Part shown: piece by piece, positions 1 through 8,907 of the stretch | Position numbering within the stretch: the stretch's first letter is position 1 | How the letters are laid out: each line of letters begins with the position of its first letter | Virus record (IMG/VR): IMGVR_UViG_3300027969_003844 | Span: 32,001 to 96,000 of that record | DNA: 64,000 nt | From: a virus | Direction: 5' to 3' (one strand) | Position numbers and translations under genes: made by a program | Notes under the pieces: generated by a model | What the model saw: only the letters and a program-made list of their open reading frames with translations | What the model was told of the DNA's origin: nothing | The model's database searches: none

Positions 1-17
1 TTTATACCTAGCATTTG

Positions 18-482
18 TCATCTAATAAATTCCTCTATTCCTAGTTTATACTTAATCGGATTAATCTGGTGTAGTCCTGCCAAAAATAATAGATACGAGC
101 TAACCGAACTACCTCGTCCTACTCCCCATACAATCTTATTATCTTTTAATAATTGAACCAAATAAATCATAAAACGCAACACCGGAATCAGTCCTCTTTC
201 AGCAAACAGCTCTAATTCTAGTGCTACACGTTCTGCCTCTTCTAATGTTGAAATGCGTTCAGCAAAATATAGTTCTAAATCTAAAGCTTGGTAATATTCT
301 GGCATTGCCCAATGTGCAACTGCTGTTTCTGGCGCAGGTACTTCAGAAATAGAAAACAGTGGATTAATATTAAGCTTCTTACAACCTTCAAAATAATGTG
401 TAAGAGATTCAATTTCAACTGTTAAGGGTCCTGCTTTATCTTGATACAATAACTCAACCAAGTCTGTGTCTTTCAAAATCAT
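18..482 (-). CDS. dnaE: DNA polymerase III alpha subunit (DnaE) fragment, split polymerase
   Basis: ERVALEL...IVWGVGRGSSVSSYLLFLAGLHQINPIKYKLGIEEFIR matches the DnaE GPGRGSxxGSLVAYxLGITxxDP...LFERFL block; only 154 aa. Confidence 0.8.
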   Translation of the reverse strand: MILKDTDLVELLYQDKAGPLTVEIESLTHYFEGCKKLNINPLFSISEVPAPETAVAHWAMPEYYQALDLELYFAERISTLEEAERVALELELFAERGLIPVLRFMIYLVQLLKDNKIVWGVGRGSSVSSYLLFLAGLHQINPIKYKLGIEEFIR

Positions 483-491
483 ATCCGTGTG

Positions 492-716
492 TTAAACAAT
501 ACTGTCTTTAAAAGGATCATCATCTTTGTTGGCATCAAAGGATTTTTTATAACCCATCTCCCACATTGCGTGTCGAATTGCTTCAATATGACCTAGCAAT
601 TGATTTACCACTTGCTGACTAGCACCAACAGAATATGCCGTATTGTACTTTTTATGAAGCTCTGCCTGTTTGGCCATAAGCTCGTCAAATGTCATTGAGT
701 AATAGTGTGAATACAT
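492..716 (-). CDS. hypothetical protein
   Basis: 74 aa ORF tightly packed in minus-strand operon. Confidence 0.65.
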   Translation of the reverse strand: MYSHYYSMTFDELMAKQAELHKKYNTAYSVGASQQVVNQLLGHIEAIRHAMWEMGYKKSFDANKDDDPFKDSIV

Positions 717-718
717 GA

Positions 719-1057
719 TCAGTAAGGATTAAAACTACTGCCACATCCACATGATGTTTGGGCATTTGGGTTATCAATAACAAAACGTGAACCTGTTAAG
801 TCGTCCTTAAAGTCAATGGTAGCACTTGATAGATATTGCATACTCATTGAGTCAATGATTACACTAACTCCGTTCTGTTCAAATGTAAAGTCGTCTTCGT
901 TTACATCTTCGTCAAATGTGAAGCCGTATTCCATACCTGAACAGCCTCCACCTTGCACAAAAATACGTAGTGCTTTTCCTGCTAACTCTGCATCTTGATT
1001 TGCAATGTTTTTAATTTGTGAAAATGCAGAATCTGTAATGTTTACTGAACCATTCAT
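719..1057 (-). CDS. erpA: A-type Fe-S cluster carrier ErpA (IscA/HesB family)
   Basis: [20 protein letters not shown] and C-terminal [14 protein letters not shown]. Confidence 0.92.
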   Translation of the reverse strand: MNGSVNITDSAFSQIKNIANQDAELAGKALRIFVQGGGCSGMEYGFTFDEDVNEDDFTFEQNGVSVIIDSMSMQYLSSATIDFKDDLTGSRFVIDNPNAQTSCGCGSSFNPY

Positions 1058-1058
1058 A

Positions 1059-1277
1059 TTATGACCTTATGATAATTTTAATTAACTCTTCTTTGCTCTT
1101 TCTGGAGTTGAAGCTAATGTCATACTTATGTGCATAAGCAATAACTTCTTTCTTCGTGAGCGTATTTAAATGTTCTTCACTGTGTCGAGGACCCACTGTA
1201 ATAGTTTCACTGACTACCGCATCATTGACATCAACTTGTTTACCTAAAAACGATTTAATATTATTCATGATATCCAT
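1059..1277 (-). CDS. hypothetical protein with Rho-N/HeH-like C-terminal motif
   Basis: [18 protein letters not shown]...SKEELIKII pattern. Confidence 0.55.
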   Translation of the reverse strand: MDIMNNIKSFLGKQVDVNDAVVSETITVGPRHSEEHLNTLTKKEVIAYAHKYDISFNSRKSKEELIKIIIRS

Positions 1278-1540
1278 TTCAAATCTGAATTAGTAGTTTC
1301 TAATGATAGTTCTTCTACAAATGCTTCTTCTTTGCTTTCAAATAAGAGAAAAGGAGCGGAGTGTGCTTCATTGGTATAAAATCCCCAACCTACCCACCTT
1401 TTGCATCTTTCACTTAAATTGTCTATTAACTCAAAAGGAACACCATCTAGGGGTAATCCAATGGCCCACACTTGATCTGGTCTATCAAACTGGCATTGAC
1501 TATACGACTGATCTAGCGAGGACAATTGGATATATTTCAT
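1265..1540 (-). CDS. hypothetical protein
   Basis: 91 aa ORF abutting queD stop. Confidence 0.6.
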   Translation of the reverse strand: MKYIQLSSLDQSYSQCQFDRPDQVWAIGLPLDGVPFELIDNLSERCKRWVGWGFYTNEAHSAPFLLFESKEEAFVEELSLETTNSDLKWIS

Positions 1541-2056
1541 TTAGCCTTCGTAAGTAGCAGAGTTGGCACCATGCTCAAATACTTCAACTGATTTAATTTT
1601 TACAGTTGGATTGATTGGATATCGCATGTCACCGCTTGCAAGTAATTCTGCCATCTTATCATAACACAGCTTGGCAAACATTTCACACCCTACACCAGGC
1701 ACAATTCTTAAATCACACAAGGCGCCGCGCTCATATGGGACTGTGCTTTCTGGATTAGGTGAGCCCATGTTAACAATACTATTCATTTCTTTGAAGAATG
1801 CCAACATTGGATCGTCTTCGGCAACTACCAAAGTATGGTCAAACATGTAGTCTGCCCAGGCTTTGAATTCTTTAAGTCCACCAAAGTCCATGCACCAGTT
1901 TTTATCGTCTAATGTATCGCATTCAAATACAAGCTTGATGCCAATTGAATATCCATGCAAAGTTGAGCAATGCGAGTGTGATGCTCTCCACTGCCTAAAA
2001 CAGCATGATAAGCCGCGATCGTTTCCGTAAGTTTTTGTTGAGTAAAATTTTGCCAT
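1541..2056 (-). CDS. queD: 6-carboxy-5,6,7,8-tetrahydropterin synthase (QueD/PTPS)
   Basis: HCSTLHGYS, MDFGGLK, FDHT, GCE, VEVFEH motifs; start at ATG 2056 after AAGGAG. Confidence 0.9.
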   Translation of the reverse strand: MAKFYSTKTYGNDRGLSCCFRQWRASHSHCSTLHGYSIGIKLVFECDTLDDKNWCMDFGGLKEFKAWADYMFDHTLVVAEDDPMLAFFKEMNSIVNMGSPNPESTVPYERGALCDLRIVPGVGCEMFAKLCYDKMAELLASGDMRYPINPTVKIKSVEVFEHGANSATYEG

Positions 2057-2084
2057 TGTTATCTCCTTTAGATTTAGCAATGAC

Positions 2085-2122
2085 GGCAGAGTTTATTAAT
2101 CGGGATGACGCCTGAGACCGAT
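2085..2122 (-). promoter_or_regulatory. candidate preQ1-I-like riboswitch aptamer in queD leader
   Basis: Minus strand AUCGG-UCUCAGGCGUCAUC-CCGAU-UAAUAAACUCUGCC: 5-bp P1, loop ending CAUC, A-rich tail ending AAAC. Confidence 0.6.
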
Positions 2123-2140
2123 ACAGTATATATCATGAAT

Positions 2141-2734
2141 TTATCTTGATGGTAACTCGTTAATGCCAAGACTAGAAAAGGCACGTTGTACTCCGACTAC
2201 CTGGCTCCAGCAGTCCCATAGCGCATGATGGGCGGCAGTTCGAGGACGTTCCAGTCCCGGCACCAATGCATACAGTGTACGTGCATCACGAGCTTGCCAG
2301 TAATTCCATGCAACACCTCGCTTGAGTTCTCGGCTAAAATGTTCTAGAATATTCAAGTCAAAGCCAGTACCATTAGCCCAAATAGCGTCAACTCCACCAC
2401 ACCACTTATGAAAGTCACGTAAGACTTCGGCCAACGGTTGACGATCTTCTTCAGCAAATGCTTCAGCTCTTACTTCTTCGCTTTGTTTACTCCACCATTC
2501 AAGTGTAGCATCATCAATAACATGGTCAGTGCCTTCAAAGCTTTCAAAGCTTAGACGACGATAAAAGCTGTCCATCTTATTTGGACCATTTAATACACTA
2601 TCATCTGCCCAGGGGTTGAAACGAACAGCACCGATAGTAAGCATTAGACTATTTGGTTTTGTTCCCAATGTTTCCAAGTCAACCATAACGTGATTGCCAG
2701 GATTATCAAAATTAAACATCTTGTTTTGCATCAT
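2141..2734 (-). CDS. DEDDh 3'-5' exonuclease (DexA/Rv2179c-like)
   Basis: MVDLETLG, WANGTGFD, RDART, HHALWDC motifs. Confidence 0.85.
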   Translation of the reverse strand: MMQNKMFNFDNPGNHVMVDLETLGTKPNSLMLTIGAVRFNPWADDSVLNGPNKMDSFYRRLSFESFEGTDHVIDDATLEWWSKQSEEVRAEAFAEEDRQPLAEVLRDFHKWCGGVDAIWANGTGFDLNILEHFSRELKRGVAWNYWQARDARTLYALVPGLERPRTAAHHALWDCWSQVVGVQRAFSSLGINELPSR

Positions 2735-2897
2735 TGGTAACTTCTTTCTTTGTTAACGACCAAGAGCCATCTTTGTTGTCAATCCAAGTTAATGTATCAC
2801 CAGATTGCCATCCTTGCATCTCTAAGAGATCTGGTGGTAAAGGTAGAAGAAGATCGCCAGTGTCAGGATCTTCTTCTACTGTAATAGTCCATTTCAT
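2712..2897 (-). CDS. AbrB/SpoVT-like small DNA-binding protein
   Basis: GDLLLPLPPDLLEMQGWQSGDTLTW swapped-hairpin pattern. Confidence 0.65.
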   Translation of the reverse strand: MKWTITVEEDPDTGDLLLPLPPDLLEMQGWQSGDTLTWIDNKDGSWSLTKKEVTNDAKQDV

Positions 2898-3106
2898 GAT
2901 AGTAATCCGGCAGCAAGAGTTTTAATCTCGTCTTCCGTTAAGAAGTAATTGTACACGCTAGAAATGTATACATCACCATTTGTATCAAGTGATTCTTGCA
3001 GAAAGTCAACACTGTATAAAGTGTCCGGGTTCATGCATTTCTTTACTTTAACAGTTAGTTTAAAGGCAACTTCGTCTTTAACTACAAATTCTTTATCAGT
3101 AATCAT
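2894..3106 (-). CDS. hypothetical protein
   Basis: 70 aa ORF with ATGA overlaps. Confidence 0.65.
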   Translation of the reverse strand: MITDKEFVVKDEVAFKLTVKVKKCMNPDTLYSVDFLQESLDTNGDVYISSVYNYFLTEDEIKTLAAGLLS

Positions 3107-3324
3107 TTTATTGTATTTCCATTAAAATCTACGTTTGAAAGTATATGAGGATTTTCTTTTGCAAAACTTTCAAGTTCGTATGTGTTAGGATAATGTCGCA
3201 TAATCCAACGTGCTCGATCTCTGATCGCACCAGGAACCCTAGGGGTTACTTGTGGTATCAATAAATCCTCAATTAGTTTTAAGCCTTCTACCATTGCACG
3301 GTAGCGTTCATCTGGCATTGTCAT
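3103..3324 (-). CDS. BPSL0761-like small protein
   Basis: MTMPDERYRA...RARWIMRHYP signature. Confidence 0.7.
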   Translation of the reverse strand: MTMPDERYRAMVEGLKLIEDLLIPQVTPRVPGAIRDRARWIMRHYPNTYELESFAKENPHILSNVDFNGNTIK

Positions 3325-3391
3325 TTAATGACCCCTCGTTTTCTTAAGTATAATAGTATTTGTCTTTAAATGCAATACCATATTTGACCTT

Positions 3392-4255
3392 TTATGTCCA
3401 TAAACTATCTCTTGCTTTAATTAAGCGGATCATCATGGCTTCGTCTTCTTTTTCATAAGCGGCTTCAATCTTTTGTAGCAGTTTGTGAGCCTTATCTTGT
3501 GCTTTTTTAAGTGCAGGATCTGTGGGAGTACTAAAACTCAGCTTGCCACCATTGGCAATACGACTTGCTTCGCATGCCTCAGTCCATCCACTGGCATCAT
3601 AAGGATCGGGACGATTAGGATAAACAGTGGTCCACCATGTGTACAGTTCTTTGATTTCTTTTGCACGGATGGCTTGACCAGTAGGCTTACCATGATTAGG
3701 ATCAGTTTCTTCCACTCCCCAGTCTGTTCCCATTGTTAAGGTCATTGCCCAGTCAAGATGATCAAGACCTGCTTGGGGACAACGCCATGTGCGCCAGCGG
3801 AACCAACCACTTGCCCAAAATGGAGCATTGTACTTTGCTCGGTCTTCTTTACTGCCCCACGCAATATGGCTCCATGCTTGTTCTACTTCAACAAAATCAA
3901 CCAGCTCATTGAATAAGCAAGGCAAAAAGCGGTTCCCCACGTCGCACCATTGACCCGGTTTAATATCCCGGGCATGAGCGGTAAGACCATGAGTACGAGT
4001 AACCCAACGGTTGTTAATGTAGTATTTGATATCATATATTTTCCTTACAGGCCATGTTACGAAATCTTGGATGTAACCTAGACCTTCTTCGGCTAACCAG
4101 TATCGAAAGTTGTGTTTCATTTGTGCCTGGGTTGTCCAGTCATCCCATTCTTCACTTGTGCCGGCACTGAGCTTTTTAGTGCCACGAAGCCAGTCTGCAA
4201 AAGGACTGCAACTCCAATATCTTGAATGATGTGCCATTTTATTTTCTGTCGCCAA
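3392..4255 (-). CDS. Trp-rich hypothetical phage protein
   Basis: 287 aa ORF, no recognised motif. Confidence 0.75.
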   Translation of the reverse strand: MATENKMAHHSRYWSCSPFADWLRGTKKLSAGTSEEWDDWTTQAQMKHNFRYWLAEEGLGYIQDFVTWPVRKIYDIKYYINNRWVTRTHGLTAHARDIKPGQWCDVGNRFLPCLFNELVDFVEVEQAWSHIAWGSKEDRAKYNAPFWASGWFRWRTWRCPQAGLDHLDWAMTLTMGTDWGVEETDPNHGKPTGQAIRAKEIKELYTWWTTVYPNRPDPYDASGWTEACEASRIANGGKLSFSTPTDPALKKAQDKAHKLLQKIEAAYEKEDEAMMIRLIKARDSLWT

Positions 4256-4910
4256 ACAGTTGTAGTAAGTTTAAGAACAAGTTGATAAAGTTCATGTACA
4301 GTGAAAGTGCTCCAAAGATTTCTTCCCTACCAGTTTCTGTATCATGTGAAACAATTTCACGAATACTTTGCGTATCGTATGCAGTTAGTCCCATGAAGAT
4401 AATGATAGCTAATGCACTAATGACCATTTGCATTACTGTGCTACCAATAAAAATATTAATGATGCTGGCAATCACAATAGCAATAAGTCCAACAAACATC
4501 ATTTGACCAAGTGAGCTTAAATCTTTCTTGGTAAAGTATCCGTAAGCACTCATGGTACCAAATAACACTGCCGCACCCATAAAGGCTGTAAAGATACTGC
4601 CCATTGTGAATACTGCAAAGATTGTAGCAAAACTCAAGCCCATTAATGCGGCAAAGCCATGCAAGAATACTTGTAATCCACCTTTGCCCAAGTTATCAGA
4701 AGCAAATGTAAGACCAAGCATTGCCACCAATGGTGCAAACATTACAATCCATTTCATTACACCAGTAAAAAAGAACTCTAGTAGTTCTGGTGTAGTACCT
4801 ACCAAGTAACTGACAATCATGCTGGTAACAACTGCCAGGCTCATGTGTCCATATACACGGCCCATAGCTTCATTGATACCACTGGCTGAACGATAAGTTG
4901 TTGCGTACAT
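4239..4910 (-). CDS. yccA: Bax inhibitor-1/YccA family membrane protein
   Basis: about 7 hydrophobic segments, TKKDLS, AYDTQ, GALSLYMNFINLFLNLL. Confidence 0.9.
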   Translation of the reverse strand: MYATTYRSASGINEAMGRVYGHMSLAVVTSMIVSYLVGTTPELLEFFFTGVMKWIVMFAPLVAMLGLTFASDNLGKGGLQVFLHGFAALMGLSFATIFAVFTMGSIFTAFMGAAVLFGTMSAYGYFTKKDLSSLGQMMFVGLIAIVIASIINIFIGSTVMQMVISALAIIIFMGLTAYDTQSIREIVSHDTETGREEIFGALSLYMNFINLFLNLLQLFGDRK

Positions 4911-4922
4911 TTCAATCCCCTT

Positions 4923-5432
4923 TTAATCAATTTGGTTAACAATCACACCGGCTTGCTTTAAAAAGTCAACACCAAGACTGTTACGATAGTTATCACGATA
5001 AAATACTTGTCTAATACCACTTTGGTATATCAGCTTGGCACATTCGATGCAAGGTGAGTGTGTTACAAATAACACTGCATCTTCAGCACTTTCCGGACTG
5101 CGAGCCACCTTGGCAATTGCATTGGCTTCTGCATGAAGAACCTCTGGTTTGGTTTTTAACCCATATCGTACATTACGGCCTGCACCTTCGTGCCATCCTT
5201 CGTAAGGATAATTTTCGTTAAACTCTTCAGGGTCAATCCAACCACCTGCACCAGTATCGTATACTCGATCCTCACAGGTATTATCCCAACCGCTTGGCAT
5301 ACCATTATAACCAATGCTGATAATGCGATCGTCTTTGACAATGATACTACCAACTTGCAATCGAACTGCTGTAGAAAGACTTGCATAGTTCTCAGCAGTC
5401 TTCATATGTGCTTTGATGATTTTTGGTTTCAT
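4923..5432 (-). CDS. dCMP deaminase (ComEB-like)
   Basis: IGYNGMPSG, HAEANA, SPCIEC zinc motifs. Confidence 0.92.
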   Translation of the reverse strand: MKPKIIKAHMKTAENYASLSTAVRLQVGSIIVKDDRIISIGYNGMPSGWDNTCEDRVYDTGAGGWIDPEEFNENYPYEGWHEGAGRNVRYGLKTKPEVLHAEANAIAKVARSPESAEDAVLFVTHSPCIECAKLIYQSGIRQVFYRDNYRNSLGVDFLKQAGVIVNQID

Positions 5433-5467
5433 GATAGTATTATAGTTGATTGCCTAGCATAAGTCAA
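5433..5467 (-). promoter_or_regulatory. sigma70 promoter, apparently leaderless
   Basis: TTGACT-N17-TATAAT-N6-ATG. Confidence 0.75.
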
Positions 5468-5479
5468 TTACATGATTGA

Positions 5480-5812
5480 TTAAACAATTACTGATTTTTC
5501 CTTTTTTAATTTATAAAGGCTTGTACCCTTTTCCCTTACTAGATCGGCCACTGCCTGTGGCGTTTCTTCCCAAAGTTTTTTCATTTCTTCATATGCATAG
5601 TCTTCTGCGGTATCATATGCCCATACTTCCGGAAAGCGTTGGTGGTTGGCCTTTGCTCGCAGTATCATCATATTGACATGCTTATTACCCTTCTTGGCTG
5701 GATTCTTGCCCGACAGCACAGCAATCATGTCATCGCTTTTAAGGTCGTCCCAAGGTATAAGTGTATCAACTCCCAACGTATCAAATAATACAATCCATTG
5801 TTTGGCCATCAA
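5480..5812 (-). CDS. hypothetical protein
   Basis: 110 aa ORF in operon. Confidence 0.65.
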   Translation of the reverse strand: MMAKQWIVLFDTLGVDTLIPWDDLKSDDMIAVLSGKNPAKKGNKHVNMMILRAKANHQRFPEVWAYDTAEDYAYEEMKKLWEETPQAVADLVREKGTSLYKLKKEKSVIV

Positions 5813-6015
5813 TAATCTCCAGAGTCGGTGCCTTTGAGAATACGTACAGCACGTTCAAGGCCTTCTAGGTTTGGCTCAACATTTCTTAGTAATGTGTTAC
5901 CAGTTCTTTCATTATAAATTGCTAGAGACTTGCCAGACGTATTCTCTAATCCGTCAACCAAAATCAACTGCATGTCGCCGTGACTGACAAGGGTTTGAAA
6001 TTTGTAATCTTTCAT
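5809..6015 (-). CDS. hypothetical protein
   Basis: 68 aa ORF, GGAG RBS, ATGA overlap. Confidence 0.6.
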   Translation of the reverse strand: MKDYKFQTLVSHGDMQLILVDGLENTSGKSLAIYNERTGNTLLRNVEPNLEGLERAVRILKGTDSGDY

Positions 6016-6308
6016 TTTACAATCTCCGTACTGTTGGATTCAACAATGATTCCCTTTGAACCTGGAAATCTTTTACCAAAATTATCGTTAAGTTCTTTGA
6101 TGTCTTTGCCCTGACATACAAATTCTTCAGTGACTGCATTATAAGCAATTTGTGAACCATTATGGGGTTCAATCCGTAGAAAAATAAACTTGTTCAGCAT
6201 TTTTTCGAGTAGAGCCTGATATTCCATTGCATTTGCTTGCAAACGAATGTACCAAGCTATTAAAACAAAGAATACAAGCACCACGACAAGAATAAATTCT
6301 ATGGACAA
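6012..6308 (-). CDS. hypothetical protein with N-terminal TM anchor
   Basis: FILVVVLVFFVLIAWYI. Confidence 0.6.
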   Translation of the reverse strand: MSIEFILVVVLVFFVLIAWYIRLQANAMEYQALLEKMLNKFIFLRIEPHNGSQIAYNAVTEEFVCQGKDIKELNDNFGKRFPGSKGIIVESNSTEIVK

Positions 6309-6310
6309 GA

Positions 6311-6586
6311 TTATGCAACCTTTACACTAATGACGTTTTCAACACGAAAGCTACGCCATGCTTGCTTATCAGTACACCATACACTCATTACTTCGGGTTT
6401 GAACAATTTTGTCTTATGGTGTTCAGTCACAGCAGGTGGCGGCATTAGACTAGTATCAAGTGTGCATGGCATTTCTCGTTTTGTACCATCTACTTTGGTA
6501 AACTCAATGATACAGGTTTTATTTTTAATTTCATTTAGAATAATAGCACGACGTTGTGTGATATCTTCTGTTGTAAATGTAATCAT
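6311..6586 (-). CDS. WYL_2/Sm-like beta-barrel protein (DUF2693-like)
   Basis: FTKVDGTKREMPCTL...VWCTDKQAWRSFRVENV. Confidence 0.75.
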   Translation of the reverse strand: MITFTTEDITQRRAIILNEIKNKTCIIEFTKVDGTKREMPCTLDTSLMPPPAVTEHHKTKLFKPEVMSVWCTDKQAWRSFRVENVISVKVA

Positions 6587-6927
6587 TATTTGTGCTCCTT
6601 TAAAAGATTACGTAGCATTTCATATTCGTTTCTAGCTTCATCTAGATTTGGATACTTCTTACATAAGTCATCAAGTTCCGCTTCCTCAGCCTTCTTTTTG
6701 TTAATCCAGTTTTTCATTTCTTGTAATTCGACATTAAACGAAATATTAACAGTAGCACCATGAAGATCCTCCGAACGTTCTCCGTTTACAACCTTAAACT
6801 TTTGTTGATTGCCGTCCCAAAAAACTACTCCACTACCATACGGTCCAGGTGCTCCGGTTTGTGAAACTATTAAATCAGCTGATGAAATATATTTTATCAT
6901 TTTACTATACAATTCCGAAAAAGTCAA
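6586..6927 (-). CDS. hypothetical protein
   Basis: ORF in operon; exact start uncertain. Confidence 0.6.
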   Translation of the reverse strand: MTFSELYSKMIKYISSADLIVSQTGAPGPYGSGVVFWDGNQQKFKVVNGERSEDLHGATVNISFNVELQEMKNWINKKKAEEAELDDLCKKYPNLDEARNEYEMLRNLLKEHK

Positions 6928-7462
6928 AGTGATTTTGTAAGGTCCAATCAGACATATCTGTAATTGGTTGTCCGTTATATGTGGTAAATTTAGAGTTCAA
7001 TACAGCATACCGACGGAAGAAAAACCAATTGTCTGCATTGGTCGATACCAACCCATTTTCGGTCAGAGTTTTATCGCTGGTTCTTTTTACCAAACAAGTA
7101 GGGGTATTTAGAGCCTGCTTAATTGTAATACGTCCTTCAATCAACAGATCTCTAACCGAGCTGGCAGGGATTACATGTTCAAATGTACTGTCAGCTTCAA
7201 CTACGCCTACTTCTCTGTAGTGGCTACCAATATTGCCTTGAATGGCATACTTGTGGTAACGTCTAACATGATGATCGATGCTATCTCTAATCAGCCGCGC
7301 CCGCATGTCGTCACTGAATACAGTATTACGATACATGTCAACCAAGCGATCAAGTTCGCTGGTAGTAAATTCTTCACACTGACTATATGCATCTGCGTTA
7401 CGTTGTACTCGTTTATAGACTTTTTCGTTAAACGAATCTATTGTTTCTTTAAGCGAGCTCAT
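6905..7462 (-). CDS. hypothetical protein with HNH-like EHxxP motif
   Basis: TFEHVIPAS; ATG at 7462 overlaps the upstream TAA (TAATG). Confidence 0.6.
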   Translation of the reverse strand: MSSLKETIDSFNEKVYKRVQRNADAYSQCEEFTTSELDRLVDMYRNTVFSDDMRARLIRDSIDHHVRRYHKYAIQGNIGSHYREVGVVEADSTFEHVIPASSVRDLLIEGRITIKQALNTPTCLVKRTSDKTLTENGLVSTNADNWFFFRRYAVLNSKFTTYNGQPITDMSDWTLQNHFDFFGIV

Positions 7463-8628
7463 TAATACAAATCCTTTACAGCAGGAATAAATGAGGTCGA
7501 GTTCTGCATCGGTGGCATACGTCCGCCCCAAGTTTTGTCAAGCTGATGCCAAAGGAATGTGCCACCAGTGTTCCAATTCTTGGCCATGCTAACTCGGGTA
7601 GGTCGATGACTCTTTGGCACCTTTGCATAATAGCTGGTGTGCCAATTTTGGTATGCTGTACGTACTTGTTCCCAGAATGGACTAGACTGATGAAAGTCTG
7701 CATCAAACAACTTGTGCAAATGATTGCCCAGATCAATGACTTCTTCGTCGGTATAATCAATTCCGTTCTTACGTGCAAGGTCAAACCAGGCACATAGAAT
7801 CTCAATTTCTTGACTATCAACAGGACGCGGAGCAGGGTAGGTTGTAGTGTATAAGCAAAACTTGGCAATGACATCTGAAGTATAGCCATCAATTTCTTGC
7901 ATACGACTGATAGCACCCGGTTCATGTGTGTTACCAAATTTTTCTGCTGTCACAAACAGATCAGCTGATGCAAGGTACTGTTGTTTAAGTTCTGCATCAA
8001 CCCACGTTGGGTCAGTACTACCATCCATACGTACACCTTGCACCATTTGCATAAACAGATCAATTGTTTCCAGTAGTTTCTTTCCGCTTTTACTGTTGCC
8101 TTCAACAAAGTTTTTACGAACATCAGCTTTGTTCTTGACCTTGTAAATTACACTGGGCACTTGCACAGTAGCAGGATCCTGTTTGTAAATCATCACAGCA
8201 ATGATCCAATACACAATTGCAGTGTGTTGAGCATCCCAGCTGGCAAAAATTGTGCCTGGGCGATGAATACTTGCCAAGTCGCCACCTTCGGTAACTTGAT
8301 ACAATTTGATTGGGTCTGCTTGAACTGCACGAAAGTTCTTTAGGATGGTTGCCACCCAAACTAAATCTAGCAGGCGTTGGATTGTGATATCAATAAAGAT
8401 ATCTGCCATTGGCGTCTTACACGCTTCGGCCAGTTCAAGGTCTTCAAAGCGGGTAATGTGTGGATGATTCTTTTGAAACTCTTTGATTGAGTTTGCAATT
8501 GTAGCTCGGATGCCCTTTTGTTTAATAACAGGGAGGTTTGATATAGTATCGTTGAACCGTTGACCCAGATCTAGAAACTTAGATCCTGTATGATTATAAC
8601 GTGCGTTTTGTGTTGCCGCATATGACAT
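7462..8628 (-). CDS. ParB/DUF262/DGQHR-like domain protein
   Basis: DITIQRLLD..W, SWDAQHT, FVEGNSKSGKKL..IDLF resemble the QR, DGQ(Q/H)R and FxxLNxxGxxL..DL motifs. Confidence 0.5.
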   Translation of the reverse strand: MSYAATQNARYNHTGSKFLDLGQRFNDTISNLPVIKQKGIRATIANSIKEFQKNHPHITRFEDLELAEACKTPMADIFIDITIQRLLDLVWVATILKNFRAVQADPIKLYQVTEGGDLASIHRPGTIFASWDAQHTAIVYWIIAVMIYKQDPATVQVPSVIYKVKNKADVRKNFVEGNSKSGKKLLETIDLFMQMVQGVRMDGSTDPTWVDAELKQQYLASADLFVTAEKFGNTHEPGAISRMQEIDGYTSDVIAKFCLYTTTYPAPRPVDSQEIEILCAWFDLARKNGIDYTDEEVIDLGNHLHKLFDADFHQSSPFWEQVRTAYQNWHTSYYAKVPKSHRPTRVSMAKNWNTGGTFLWHQLDKTWGGRMPPMQNSTSFIPAVKDLY

Positions 8629-8646
8629 ATATTTCCTTAAATTTTT

Positions 8647-8676
8647 ATTGCTAATAGTTTCAGGTCTATTAGCAAT
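8647..8676. repeat. 11-bp perfect inverted repeat in leader of the ParB-like gene
   Basis: ATTGCTAATAG-N8-CTATTAGCAAT. Confidence 0.8.
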
Positions 8677-8684
8677 TTAGTTAC

Positions 8685-8713
8685 ATTGTAAAACTTTTTG
8701 ACTTAGGCGTCAA
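8685..8713 (-). promoter_or_regulatory. sigma70 promoter
   Basis: TTGACG-N17-TACAAT. Confidence 0.7.
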
Positions 8714-8737
8714 CCTCACCAAGAATGACTGTTTACT

Positions 8738-8896
8738 TTAAAGGGCGCCCAAATAAGGACTATAAACTTCTTCTTGCTCAGGAGCAAACCAAGACTTTAT
8801 TGCTTGTTCAAGTGGCTCAAAGTTGTAAGAAACAGCCTTGGGACGAATTACCTGACGGCTGTCGTGTTCAATGTTTTTTTCGCGATTGGTTTTCAT
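8738..8896 (-). CDS. small hypothetical protein (52 aa, not in ORF track)
   Basis: MKTNREKNIEHDSRQVIRP...YSPYLGAL; fills the intergenic gap. Confidence 0.5.
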   Translation of the reverse strand: MKTNREKNIEHDSRQVIRPKAVSYNFEPLEQAIKSWFAPEQEEVYSPYLGAL

Positions 8897-8907
8897 AATA
8901 GTCTTTC

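Noticed and set aside
7476-7937. 153-aa nested minus-strand ORF
   Set aside because: Alternate frame inside 7462-8628 with no RBS or motif.
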